Shown here: positions 41,699 through 52,857 of the stretch, piece by piece | How positions within the stretch are numbered: the first letter of the stretch is position 1 | Layout of the letters: each line of letters opens with the position of its first letter | Origin: Candidatus Bathyarchaeota archaeon | GTDB taxonomy: Archaea > Thermoproteota > Bathyarchaeia > Bathyarchaeales > Bathyarchaeaceae | Assembly (NCBI GenBank): GCA_963697165.1 | Contig: CAVOMX010000008.1 | Location: forward strand, 1-55,000 | Length of the DNA stretch: 55,000 bases | Reading direction: 5' to 3' | Translations under genes and position numbers: made by a program | The notes under the pieces: model-generated | Databases searched by the model: none | The model's input: only the letters and a program-made list of their open reading frames with translations | What the model was told of the DNA's origin: nothing

Positions 41699-41716
41699 AA
41701 TTGGAGGTTTTATGTT

Positions 41717-41968
41717 TTGGGTAAAACTGTACCATCTTATCGTGTGGCCTTAGATCATGAAATACAGCGATGGAGCGGATTTGCCAGAGCCTTACGAAAA
41801 GACGAAAGAGAAGTGTTTGAGCAGTTAATGGATATTTGCAGAAATTATGCTTCTGCAGCAAGCAACGCTACACGTCCCGTTTTGTTTGAAGCTATGGTTA
41901 TGACAATTCTTTTAGATCAAAAAAAGACATTAAATCAGCTAGAGAAAATGTTACATGCAGTTCCCTAA
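41717..41968 (+). CDS. Small archaeal protein resembling the PolB2-operon-associated family
   Basis: MGKTVPSYR...W..FARALR..ER.VFE.L...YASAAS...RP..FE; family recalled from memory, not searched. Confidence 0.55.
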   Translation: MGKTVPSYRVALDHEIQRWSGFARALRKDEREVFEQLMDICRNYASAASNATRPVLFEAMVMTILLDQKKTLNQLEKMLHAVP

Positions 41969-42016
41969 ACAATCCACCAACCCCCTAAAAGGATAAGAAC
42001 GTATTCACATCTTCAA

Positions 42017-42077
42017 GTCAAAGTTTCTTGACTAGGCATACATTCAACGGGGGACATTTTGGTCAAGGTTTCTTGAC
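42017..42077. promoter_or_regulatory. Two GTCAAG-N4-CTTGAC palindromes (42017, 42062) ahead of the surface-protein array
   Basis: GTCAAAGTTTCTTGAC and GTCAAGGTTTCTTGAC, 45 bp apart. Confidence 0.8.
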
Positions 42078-42112
42078 AAAAACCCTTTTCATGTTAACTA
42101 ACTACGTTATTA

Positions 42113-43196
42113 GTGGTGCCCATGTTGGGAGATAAAAGGGCAACGCTCATCATAGTTCTAGTTCTCATTTCTGTATTGGCTAGTTTACCAAACATTGAGG
42201 CAGTTTGGGCAGCTGAGGATTCTTGGACAACGATGTCTCCAATGCCCACAGAGAGATTCAGTTTTGGGATAGCTGTAGTAAACGATAAAATATTCGCAAT
42301 CGGTGGTGCGTTAGCTACAGAATCGGGGGAGCTAACAGCAGCTAATGAAGCATATGATCCAGCAACAAACACATGGACTAAGAGAGCACCCATGCCAACC
42401 CCAAGATATGGCTGCGCAGCGACAACTTATGAAAATATGATATACGTTTTCGGAGGAGGAACCAACGAATCATATACAAACAAAACTGAGGTATATGACC
42501 CAGCAACAAATAGTTGGGAAACAAAATCCTCAATGCCAACCGCCAGAATTAATCTTCAGGCAAACGTAGTTGGCGATAAAATTTACCTGATAGGCGGATA
42601 TGACAACTTGACTTTAAATGAAGTTTATGATCCAATAACAGATACATGGACAAATAAGAAGCCTATACCCTCAGGAGTGAGCGCCTATGCTTCAGCAGTT
42701 TTCGATAACAAAATATTTGTGATTGGAGGAACCTCAACAAACTTGACCCAAATTTACGACCCGAAAACTGACGTATGGATGTACAGGGGCGACTGTTCCA
42801 GTTGGGATTTGGGCTGCGGGTGCCTGTTCAATAGCCGGTTCTGAATCGCCAAAAGCTATTTACGTAATTGGTGGAGAAACAGACGTTTTTTCGCCTCAAA
42901 ACCTTACTCAGATATATTTTTCAGAAAACAATACTTGGAGTTTTGGTGCTTCTTTGCCGATTCCTCGATCCCGTTTATGCACAGCTGTAGTAGACAATAT
43001 GATTTATGCAATAGGTGGAACCCGTGCGATTATACATCAGGGATTAACCGATAATGAACAGTACACACCTTTTGGATATGAAACCATTCCAGAGTTTCCT
43101 TCATGGGCACCCCCAATGATTATGTTAGTTGTTGTCATGGCTGTAGCGGTCATTTACAAAAGAAAATTACACAATCAGGGGAGACGGAATCAGTGA
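42113..43196 (+). CDS. Secreted Kelch-repeat protein with IPEFPSW anchor; frameshifted
   Basis: Core nearly identical to 7778..8812; signal peptide and anchor differ. Confidence 0.85.
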
Positions 43197-44086
43197 AAAA
43201 ATCCGCATGTGCACTTGTTCTGTTGATGGTTCTTTCTTTTATTTCACTCACTTTCCCAAACATTGCGATAGTTGAGGCGAACACCTTTCAATTTTATTCA
43301 CTTGAAATGACTGAAGAATACATTAACTATACGATTTCTCAGGTTAACGGAAGTTTATGGGCAAAAGTGGATGGAACCTACCCCCTAACCAAATCAGATA
43401 TTGAGTGCCAAGACGAATTAGTTGGGATTGATAATACATGTATTACATTTATTGGCGATTCCCTACCAATGGTTTATCCTACTCCTCCTGACACAACCAA
43501 CATCACGATAAAAGTTAATGAAACAGAACTGGAATGGAGCAACTACACCCAAAGCGTTTCTGATGCGACACATTACACTGCGATTGGGGACTGGGCTATG
43601 ATTTCTTGCACAATCCATCCTGTGTTAGACGATTTCGTGCTGAAAATCCATTATGAACATCCGATTATGCTGATAAATGGGAGCTACACTTTCCTGTATG
43701 ACCTGAATATAAGCCCATACTTGTCGCCATGGAGCAACAAATCCACCGCCCACTTCAACATGAGATTTGAGACAAACATCAAAGACCTAGAAGCATACAC
43801 CATAGCAACAGATGGAACAAATAATTCAGTGGAATACGTAGTCACAAAAGAGGATGGAACAGAAACAGTTTCGCTTCAAGTTATATCCGAATACTCAAAA
43901 CCGCTTCTTGGAGACCTGCTAATATCTTTTACAGAAGAAGAGATAGAGCATACTAGTTCTGGTTTTTTTGGTTCAAGTTTATCGGCAGAACAAGGTTATG
44001 CCATTGTAGGGGTGACAGCACTATCAACTGCTGTAGTGGTCAGTTACCTGTCCATGAAACACAAAAGAAGAGGTAACAAGGAATGA
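43193..44086 (+). CDS. Secreted protein with a C-terminal TM anchor
   Basis: Signal peptide from GTG 43193; C-terminal GFFGSSL...GYAIVG TM + basic tail. Confidence 0.7.
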   Translation: MKKSACALVLLMVLSFISLTFPNIAIVEANTFQFYSLEMTEEYINYTISQVNGSLWAKVDGTYPLTKSDIECQDELVGIDNTCITFIGDSLPMVYPTPPDTTNITIKVNETELEWSNYTQSVSDATHYTAIGDWAMISCTIHPVLDDFVLKIHYEHPIMLINGSYTFLYDLNISPYLSPWSNKSTAHFNMRFETNIKDLEAYTIATDGTNNSVEYVVTKEDGTETVSLQVISEYSKPLLGDLLISFTEEEIEHTSSGFFGSSLSAEQGYAIVGVTALSTAVVVSYLSMKHKRRGNKE

Positions 44087-45351
44087 GCAAAAAACATTTG
44101 AAGTCAGGATTTGTTTCGCTATTCCTGTTTTTACTTGTTCTTTCATTATTCACTGGTTCACAGTTTGTTGTTTTAGTTTCTGCTAATTTTTTTCCTGCTC
44201 CAGTGCCTGACCACACCATCGAGATTACTGCAAACGGAGATGTAACAGGAACTGATAAAATTCAGCGCATCGGCAACGTATACACGTTTACAGGAGACAT
44301 TGTGGGTAGCATTGTAATCTTTCGTAATGGAATAGTTGTTGACGGTGCAGGTTATACTCTTCAGGGAAATGGATATCGCACAGGTGTTTGGTTTCAAGAG
44401 ATAACAGGTGTAACGATAAAGGATCTGTGCATCAGAAACTTTACTTATGGCATTGAATTTACTTATGGAGGATCAATGAATGGTTGCACAGATGTTACGC
44501 TTTCTGGAAACACCATAACTGACAACGAACATGGAATTACTTTCTGGATGGCATCAAATAGCAACTACATTCTTAACAATATTATCGCAAATAATACCTA
44601 TGGATTCACCCTCAACCACTCTCCAAAAAACACCTTCAGAAACAACCAAATGACCAACAACAAATATAACTTCTGGGTTTATTGCGAAACATCAGTTCAA
44701 ATGACACATTTTATGAATGACATCGACGACTCAAACACTATAAACGGTAAACCAATCATCTATTGGGTTAACGAGCAAGACAAAACTGTGCCTTCCGATG
44801 CTGGATATGTAGCTCTCGTAAACTGCACAAGCATTATAGTCCAAAACCTATTTCTCACAAACAACAGCCAAGGCATATTGCTGGTTGCTACAAACAACTC
44901 GGTAATAGCAAAAAATTACATCGCAAACAACGACTATGGCATCATGCTTTTTGCACCCTACGAACAATGCGTTAGCAACCATATAACAGAAAACAACATA
45001 ACAGCAAACATGAAGGACGGCATCCATTCATGGAACTCTGAAAACACAATTGTTACTGGAAACGGCATAACCGTCAACCAAGAAAACGGCATCAATTTCT
45101 TCGATTCTCGAGGAGCCGTCATCTCAGAGAACCTAATATCAGGAAACAAGGGGAGCGACGTCAAGGTCTGGGGACATGATTCAAGCGATAACTACGTAGC
45201 AAACAATAATATCCAAGTCAATGTAATTCCAGAGTTTCCCTCATGGACACTCTTGCTGATTGTAATCATTGTTCTCGCGATTACCGTAGCAGTCTACAGG
45301 ATAAGACTAACAAAAATAGTAAACCAACACAGTAAGAGGTGCAAGAATTGA
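44083..45351 (+). CDS. NosD/CASH parallel beta-helix surface protein with PEF anchor
   Basis: DGAGYTLQG, N.I..N..GI repeats, IPEFPSW + TM. Confidence 0.85.
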   Translation: MSKKHLKSGFVSLFLFLLVLSLFTGSQFVVLVSANFFPAPVPDHTIEITANGDVTGTDKIQRIGNVYTFTGDIVGSIVIFRNGIVVDGAGYTLQGNGYRTGVWFQEITGVTIKDLCIRNFTYGIEFTYGGSMNGCTDVTLSGNTITDNEHGITFWMASNSNYILNNIIANNTYGFTLNHSPKNTFRNNQMTNNKYNFWVYCETSVQMTHFMNDIDDSNTINGKPIIYWVNEQDKTVPSDAGYVALVNCTSIIVQNLFLTNNSQGILLVATNNSVIAKNYIANNDYGIMLFAPYEQCVSNHITENNITANMKDGIHSWNSENTIVTGNGITVNQENGINFFDSRGAVISENLISGNKGSDVKVWGHDSSDNYVANNNIQVNVIPEFPSWTLLLIVIIVLAITVAVYRIRLTKIVNQHSKRCKN

Positions 45352-47015
45352 CTGCAAGAGTTAGAGCAAACAAAAGACTGTTTTTCTCAACGGTTTTTAT
45401 TTGTTTTTTGATATTGTGCCTGGGAATGCAGTTCGTTAGGTTAACGGAAGCAAATTTTATGCCGATGCAGATTCCGCAACCAGCATTTATTATTAAAAGT
45501 GATGGAAGCGTTTACCCGTCAATGGCGCCGATTCAGCGGAATGGGAATGTTTACACTTTCACGGCTGATATTGTTGGATACACGATTGCTTCTGAAGTTG
45601 ACAATGTTGTGATTGATGGGGGCGGATACTCTCTTGTAGGAAATGGGAATTCTACGGGGATTTTTATTCTAAACCGGAACGGGGTAACTGTTAGGAACAT
45701 GAACATTAGCAACTTCTCTTACGGCATCAGGCTCATTGCAGAAAGCTATATGGGAATGACTTCAGCGGGCAACAGTCTTTTGGATAACACCGTGACAAAC
45801 AACGAGTATGGGATTTACATCATTTCCTCCTCTAATAACATGCTTAGAAACAACATTATGACAAATAATACACACAATTTTGAAGTTCAGGGCGAGTACA
45901 CAAATGATATTGATGTTTCAAACTCAGTTAACGGAAAAAAAATTATTTACTGGGTCAACCGGCAAGACATGATTGTGCCATCTGATGCCGGATATGTCGC
46001 ACTCGTAAACTGTACAGGTATAACCGTTCAAGACCTGAATCTTGCCAACAACGGGCAGGGGGTTATACTGTTTTCTACAATAGGCTCAACAATAACCAAA
46101 AACAGCATAACGAACACTGGTGACGCAATCTACATCGGCGAGTCTTCCGGCAACACCATCTCCGGAAACAACTTGGCAAACAACGTCAATGGAATAAGAG
46201 GTCAAGCTTCTTCAGACAACACCATATCCTCGAACAACATAACCACAAACGAAAGCGGTATCTACTTTATTGGAGCTTCAACAAGCAACATTATTTCTGG
46301 AAATAATATAACCACAAACACGGTGGATGGCATGAACTTATGGGGATCAACTAACACAGATGTCGAAGCTAACACCATAATTAACAACACCGAAAATGGC
46401 ATAAACTTCTTCGAGTCTTTGGACAACCGGATTGTCGGAAACAACATAGCCGAAAACGGCAACGGCATCAAATTCTGGTATCACACAAGCAACAACAATA
46501 TTTCTGAAAATTATATAGCAGAAAACGCGATCGGCATCTTAGTCGACGATGCTTACGACAACAGCATAATTGGGAACATGATAACAGAAAACATTGATTT
46601 TGGAATACAACTCAAAGGCAACCAAAATAACAACGTGATTTACCATAACAGCTTCGTTGAAAATAATGCAAATGGGGAAGGATTGCAGGTGTCCATTCCA
46701 GCTTATATGGGAATGGGTGCCCCAATTGAGTGGTTGCCGGGGCGTGGTAATGTTTGGGATAATGGTAATTCAGGTAACTATTGGAGCGACTATTTTATTA
46801 GGTATCCAAACGCTACCCAAATAGATGGTTTGGGAATAGGAGACACGCCTTTTTATATTAATGAAAACAACATTGACCGCTTCCCAGTAAAAGAACCAAT
46901 TATTATCTCAGAATTCTCTTCATTGACAGTTTTGTTAGTCATATCATTTTTTGTTGCAATCATTGTCATCTATAAACAAAAACTTGATAATGGACGACAA
47001 GAGGGAGCCGAATGA
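45339..47015 (+). CDS. NosD/CASH parallel beta-helix surface protein with degenerate PEF anchor
   Basis: Beta-helix repeats, NVWDNG..GNYWSDY, IDRFP, ISEFSS + TM. Confidence 0.85.
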   Translation: MQELTARVRANKRLFFSTVFICFLILCLGMQFVRLTEANFMPMQIPQPAFIIKSDGSVYPSMAPIQRNGNVYTFTADIVGYTIASEVDNVVIDGGGYSLVGNGNSTGIFILNRNGVTVRNMNISNFSYGIRLIAESYMGMTSAGNSLLDNTVTNNEYGIYIISSSNNMLRNNIMTNNTHNFEVQGEYTNDIDVSNSVNGKKIIYWVNRQDMIVPSDAGYVALVNCTGITVQDLNLANNGQGVILFSTIGSTITKNSITNTGDAIYIGESSGNTISGNNLANNVNGIRGQASSDNTISSNNITTNESGIYFIGASTSNIISGNNITTNTVDGMNLWGSTNTDVEANTIINNTENGINFFESLDNRIVGNNIAENGNGIKFWYHTSNNNISENYIAENAIGILVDDAYDNSIIGNMITENIDFGIQLKGNQNNNVIYHNSFVENNANGEGLQVSIPAYMGMGAPIEWLPGRGNVWDNGNSGNYWSDYFIRYPNATQIDGLGIGDTPFYINENNIDRFPVKEPIIISEFSSLTVLLVISFFVAIIVIYKQKLDNGRQEGAE

Positions 47016-48256
47016 CTAGATCTCCAAGATCTTTCTCACTTTTTATTCTCGGTTTAATGCTTGTTTCTCTTTCTACAGTCAACGTTGCAAAAAGCGCAGT
47101 AAACAACACATATGCTTGGAGGACCTTTCAAGGTGATGCACAACGAACTGGCTACACGGAAAGTCCAGCTCCCAATAGTAATCAGACCTTTTGGAAATAT
47201 CAGACTGGGGGGCCTATCATTTGTTCTCCAGTAACTGTAGCAGGAATAGTCTTTGTTTCTTCTACTGACGGATATTTATACGCGATCAACGCAACAACTG
47301 GCGTAAAATTGTGGGAATTCTGGATTGGAGCAGATTTAAATTCTCCAACTGTCGCTCACAACAAAGTCTTCATTACGAGCAAATCAGGCACTGTTTCTGC
47401 TTATGACATGTATACTGGATCCCAAGTGTGGAACAAATCGCTTGGAGAAGAAATAGGTTTTGGGTCTCCACTTATAGTTGGCTCAAGAGTTTTCGTGAAT
47501 ACAAACCAAACAATAGTTTGTCTTAATGAAGCAGTTGGAGTAACACTTTACAGTGCCCCTGTTCCTCATGCAAACGGAATTGCTCCTCTGGCTCATTCTG
47601 GTGATCTGGTAATAGCTGTAGCTTTACGCGGTATCGCTATTGGAGTTAATGGCAATGAAGTCAATGACGGTAATATGCGCTTTTGGGTTACTCTGGCTGA
47701 AGATGTTAGTGATCAAGTAAAAAGTGCTCCTACAATTAGTGGTGAAAGAATTATTGTCGCTGTTGGGGGGTTAGATGATAATAGTATGATTTTTGGTTTG
47801 AACAATTTTGGGATGAGAGATTGGGAACAGCAATTAGACGGGTTTACTCAAGCTTCTCCAGCAGTTGCTTACAATTCAATCTATCTTCAGACAGACAATT
47901 TCATTTATGCTTTACATGAAAACGATGGAACCATTAAATGGAGTCGCCCAATAGAAAGTGAATATTCCGTTTCTTCTCCTGCTGTTGCGGATGGAAAAGT
48001 TTACGTTGGAATAGACAACATCATTTACGCGTTTGACTCTTCTAGTGGAGAACAGATTTGGAGCTACAGAACTGAAGGTCAGATCCAATCATCTCCGGCG
48101 ATTTCTGGTGGACTATTATTCGTGGGATCTGATGATGGAATCTTGTATGCAATAGGAACTCATTTTATTCCAGAGTTTCCTTCATGGATCATTTTACCCC
48201 TATTCTTAGTAACCAGTTTAATAATTGTTTTAGCTAAGAAGAAGATAGGGGGTTAG
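47012..48256 (+). CDS. PQQ-like (BamB-type) beta-propeller surface protein with PEF anchor
   Basis: W.TFQGD.QRTG, SSPAV..GKVY.G, G..LW repeats, IPEFPSW + TM. Confidence 0.88.
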   Translation: MTRSPRSFSLFILGLMLVSLSTVNVAKSAVNNTYAWRTFQGDAQRTGYTESPAPNSNQTFWKYQTGGPIICSPVTVAGIVFVSSTDGYLYAINATTGVKLWEFWIGADLNSPTVAHNKVFITSKSGTVSAYDMYTGSQVWNKSLGEEIGFGSPLIVGSRVFVNTNQTIVCLNEAVGVTLYSAPVPHANGIAPLAHSGDLVIAVALRGIAIGVNGNEVNDGNMRFWVTLAEDVSDQVKSAPTISGERIIVAVGGLDDNSMIFGLNNFGMRDWEQQLDGFTQASPAVAYNSIYLQTDNFIYALHENDGTIKWSRPIESEYSVSSPAVADGKVYVGIDNIIYAFDSSSGEQIWSYRTEGQIQSSPAISGGLLFVGSDDGILYAIGTHFIPEFPSWIILPLFLVTSLIIVLAKKKIGG

Positions 48257-48260
48257 TGAC

Positions 48261-48817
48261 ATGAAGAAGCTTGTTTTGTTAGTTGTTGTGCAGTAGTTCT
48301 GGTTTCTGTTCTAGGGGGTTATTATTTGTATGAATCTTCTAATGCACCTAATATTGAAGGTCCAAGTTCTGGCTATCTCACTAGGACGTCCTCTTCTGAA
48401 ACCCTGATCTTTCTTGTCTCTACAGACAATCCTAGGTATGGCGTCTATAACTGGAGTGATGATGAATGGTGGGGTGGTGAGGTTCATGAGGGAGACCCCT
48501 GTTTTATAGTGAATGTTACTGTCAGAAATGATTACACTAAAGACCCAATTTCGACTGATGAGGACTCTCCTCCTGGCATGTATAATAAGTATGTTAAGCT
48601 GACTGCTTATATTTACAATCAGCAGGGTAGAGTTGATGCAGTTGATGTTACTTATCCAATTAATTCTTTGCATGGTGGTCATGTCTTTACGGTAGAACCA
48701 GAGGAAACACAATCAGTGGAACTATACTTGGCTACAGACACCAAAGATATAGAACGATACGAAATCTACGTTGACCTATATTGGTCCTATGCCAGAACCT
48801 TAAATGACAAATTCTAA
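48261..48817 (+). CDS. Membrane-anchored hypothetical protein; frameshifted
   Basis: MKKLV + hydrophobic start at 48261, continuing into ORF 48326. Confidence 0.55.
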
Positions 48818-49041
48818 CAGTTGATTCTGTAATGGCTCAATAGCCTATAATATTGGGATTTTAATCAATTGATAAAACTTAGGCTTAAAATTATTCAAAA
48901 TATTCATAGTTATTCCCCGAGTTTCCATCATGGATAATTCTGCTATTATTAACACGTCTTTTACTGTTCTATCACTAGAACGATAGTGTTCTATAATTAG
49001 AGCTAATAATGACTTTATCGCAATGATAGTTCGGTGAAAAA

Positions 49042-50091
49042 ATGAAAACCAAGACAAACTTTCTTTTGATTGGGCTTCTTTCACTGCTGGTAGGAACAGC
49101 TTTCGCTTCGCCTCTTCTAATCTCAGAACTAGAAATAAGACCATATGTTGAACCATTGCCTAAAGGACCAACAGCCGATATTAGCGCCAGTGTTGTGTAT
49201 GCAAACTTTAGTGTCGGAGACACGTCGGTACTTTATAATAAAAATGTCACTGATATATCATATTTTGTTGTTCTCAACATCACTAACAACTCAGATGAAT
49301 GGGCTGTTGTTAATCTGGTGGAATTTGATGCAGCAGAGAAAATTACTCAAGGCGCCATCAATTCTTTCTTCTGGGGTAACACTTCAAGGTTTACTACTGG
49401 ATGGGAAGCGAAAGGTGCATGGGTTGATGGCAAATGGTATAATCTTACATGGGCATCAATCTTTGGAATAAAAGAATATGAAAATTCCAGATTTAACAAC
49501 ACTTTATCTTATTTTGAACCCTACTGGATAGAGGGAGTGCAAATAAAGGACACATACGTTGGCGGAGAATTAACCGCTAGCAGCATGAATATGAATGGTA
49601 CATGGGTTGACGTTACTGGAAGAATTAATGTAACTGGTAGGGAAGAGCCAGATTTCAGCAATATAGTGTCAGTGTCAGGTATCTTCTTTTCAGAAATGAA
49701 AATGTTAGTTCGTGGAGACATATCGGGCATAGAAGAGTGGCTTTTATCCAGAATAACTACTAATGTAGCTTTAGGTTTCAGCAACCTTTGGGCGCCTCAC
49801 CAGTCACGATTAATTGCAATATCAACCAATCGGAAAATCCTCAGTGAACTTCTTGAACCGTCCAGAATTGAACTGTTGGAGACAGGGCCAATATCTTTCC
49901 GACTGCGAGTACACCATCGATTAAACGGCACTCTTGGAATTTACGAATCTTCATCATTCTCAGATGAAATCAAACCAGTTCAAATGGAGCTAACCGAGGA
50001 TGGATATCTATATAACATAATCTTAGCAGATGACCAAATGTTCGTGATGGACTCTTTCGGCGTTGAAGTATTCATTGAACCGAGGAGCTAA
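49042..50091 (+). CDS. Secreted hypothetical protein
   Basis: Signal peptide ending GTAFASP; 349-aa ORF. Confidence 0.7.
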   Translation: MKTKTNFLLIGLLSLLVGTAFASPLLISELEIRPYVEPLPKGPTADISASVVYANFSVGDTSVLYNKNVTDISYFVVLNITNNSDEWAVVNLVEFDAAEKITQGAINSFFWGNTSRFTTGWEAKGAWVDGKWYNLTWASIFGIKEYENSRFNNTLSYFEPYWIEGVQIKDTYVGGELTASSMNMNGTWVDVTGRINVTGREEPDFSNIVSVSGIFFSEMKMLVRGDISGIEEWLLSRITTNVALGFSNLWAPHQSRLIAISTNRKILSELLEPSRIELLETGPISFRLRVHHRLNGTLGIYESSSFSDEIKPVQMELTEDGYLYNIILADDQMFVMDSFGVEVFIEPRS

Positions 50092-50093
50092 GC

Positions 50094-50553
50094 TTGGCTA
50101 CTGCAGACAGTCAAGAGCCTGAAGGCACAACCCTGAACGTATACTCGTACGTGGTCAAAAAGGGCAAACCAGTAGGTCCACGAGAAGTCATGAGAGGCGC
50201 AAACCTCAGTAGCCCAAGCGTAGCCTATTGGCACCTCCAAAAACTCGAAAACGCGGGATTACTGGAGAAAAATGGAGCTGGCGAATATATCGTCAAAGAG
50301 AAAACAAGCATTAGCGGCCACATCTGGATTGGCAGAAACCTAGTGCCAAGACTGATGTGTTATTCCCTCTTTTTTCTAGGAATTCTAGTCATAGAAGCAG
50401 TCATTATTTTTGTTCAATTCTTATCGATTGGACAAATCCCAAACCTTGCTCTATTCTACCTAATAGCAACGAACGCCATCGCTTTTGCTTTATTCCTCGG
50501 AGAAGGTCTATTGCTACGTCAAAAAAACCAGCGGAGAAAAAAATTGCAACTAA
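50094..50553 (+). CDS. wHTH regulator with two C-terminal TM helices
   Basis: GPREVMRGANLSSPSVAYWHLQKLE; paralog of 9955..10400; real stop probably at 50551-50553 (poly-A slip). Confidence 0.78.
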
Positions 50554-50577
50554 TAGAACAAGTGCGCGTACCTACAG

Positions 50578-50593
50578 GTCAAGGTTTCTTGAC
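50578..50593. promoter_or_regulatory. GTCAAG-N4-CTTGAC palindrome
   Basis: GTCAAGGTTTCTTGAC at the start of an ~80-nt block duplicated from 42061. Confidence 0.8.
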
Positions 50594-50628
50594 AAAAACC
50601 CTTTTGTTTTCACTTACCTACGTTATTA

Positions 50629-51457
50629 GTGGTGCCCATGTTGGGAGATAGAAGGGCAACTCAAGTTCTATTGTTGGTTCTATGTTTAGTAGTCGTTTCT
50701 CTTCCACAAATTGGAGTAGTGAAAGCAATCTACATTAGTGAAGATGGAAACATTGAAGGAACAGACAAAATTCAACGGGAAGAAAATCTCTATACTTTAC
50801 CGATAATATTGTTAATCAATCAATTGTTGTGGAGAAGAATAACACTTTAATTGATGGTGCAGACTTCACGCTTCAGGGTAATTTAAACGGAGTATTAATA
50901 GACTTAAGATACTTAAGCAACGTAACAATCAAAAACATTCAAATAATTGGCTCAGGTGTACAACTCAATAGTGCAAACAACAACACTATTTCTGGAAACC
51001 TAATAACAGGTGGCATCATTTTTACTGCCAGTGATTACAACAATGTAGTTGGAAACACTTTTATGGGCAATGTATGGGGAGTCTACCTCTTTCAAGCCTA
51101 TAATAATAGCTTCTATGATAACAGTTTCATCAATAACACGAATCATGTATATGACAATATTTGGGGCAACCCTTGGCTTACCCAACTCAATTTCATGAAC
51201 AGTTGGGACATGGCAGAAGCAGGATTATTGGAGTAGCTATAACGGTACAGACAATGACGGTGATGGATGTGGTGGAAAAAGAAAACAACTATCCACTCGT
51301 GGAACCAGTTCCAGTAATCCCAGAGTTTCCTTCATGGACACCCTTACTGATTATGTTAGTTGCTGTTGCTGCGTTAAGTATATTTATAGACGAAAACTAC
51401 ACAATTAAGATCTGTTGGATCAAGGCTAGAGTTATTCCAGAACAGATAGACTTTTGA
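50629..51457 (+). CDS. NosD-like beta-helix surface protein with IPEFPSW anchor; several frameshifts
   Basis: ORFs 50629, 50829 and 51161; DGADFTLQG, N repeats, YPLVEP..IPEFPSW. Confidence 0.7.
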
Positions 51458-52857
51458 TTGGTTAAGCTGGGCTAAACGACTTAATGCTCGTGCTAACTCT
51501 AGTTCTTCTACCGTTTTTAGCCAGTCTCCATAGTTTTTCTTTGTGAAGCATCCATGAGCTCCAGCAATTCTTCTGTTGTATGGATAACTAAAGCTTCCAA
51601 TAATCTCTTTTACCTCAGTAACTTTTCCTTTTAGCATCCGTTTGTTGTATTCTGGAACAGCCAAAAGATAAGATGTAAATCCTAAGTTTTTCGAGTTTAG
51701 CATACTGCTTCAAGTATCGACTTGTCCGGTTTAGACTCGCAGACTCTTGTCATTCCTGCATGTTCTGCAAAGGGATTGTAACGTGCCATAACTGCAATCA
51801 TTTCAACATATGGTTTTCCACAAAGAGGCAAAGACTCACGTAGAAGCTTCACAGACGCTCCTATCGTCCGATATTTTGGATGAACAACAACTCTAGCCAC
51901 CCTGGCTAGCTTCTCATTCAGCTCCTTCATATTCTCTATCTTTAGAACTCTACTTCGGCAAGGAGCAGCACTCATTGGACAAACATAAACAACTGCACCG
52001 CAAACCCGATCTCCACGCTTCAAAACAAAAATCTTCTGCAAAAACGCGATCCGATGACTCCTATAATGAAAATCTGAGACCTGCTTCCAATCCTCATAAG
52101 ACCCCTCTTCAACAGTCATTTCCTCAAGCAAACTACACTGAGCCCTTGGCTTGTTTGGATAATACTTGACCGTAACCTCTCTGCCAAACCGCTTATGAAT
52201 ATGCACACTAGGCGCCAGATCCTCCAGCAGATCCACATGCGTAGTTGCAGCAACAACAGCCTTCCCAAGCGACCTAGCAAGCTTCTGAACATTATAGGCA
52301 ACGATCCGTGCAGTTTCCCGATCTAAAGTAGCGCAGAACTCGTCCATGATCCACCATTGAGCCCCCGACTCAATCAACTTAGCAAGACGGTAACGATACC
52401 TCTGACCATCACTAAGCTGACTGTAACGGCGAACAAAAAGGAAGGCATCATTCAACCCCACCTTACTTAGCAGCTTAAGCCCCTCCTCAACAGTCGCGCC
52501 TACAGTGTCAATCAGCGGCTTGTCTGGATCCACTTCAACCTCAGATAACCGTGCGGCCTCGCCAGGCTCCAGATCCTCAACGATAGCCTTCAACAAAACA
52601 CTCTTCCCGGATCCACTATCACCCGTCAAATACACGATATCCTTAGATCCGATCTGCAGCTGCACATTATCGTAGAGAACATGCTTCTGAAAGTCGGATA
52701 TCCCCATTCCAAATGCTTCGGCAACCTCAACAGTTCTGTCACTAATATCAGTTTTAGTCTCATAGCCAATATTGAAAGTGAACTTGCCTGACTCCCTATC
52801 GTATCGCCTAGCAAGTTTCGTGATCCTAAAATATTCATGTCTTCTAACCAAACGCAA
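51374..52857 (-). CDS. ABC-type ATPase fused to a GNAT/Mom-like acetyltransferase; one frameshift
   Basis: Walker A GDSGSGKS, signature LSDGQ, Walker B IMDE, then HYRSH and ARVVVHPKYRTIG. Confidence 0.85.
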
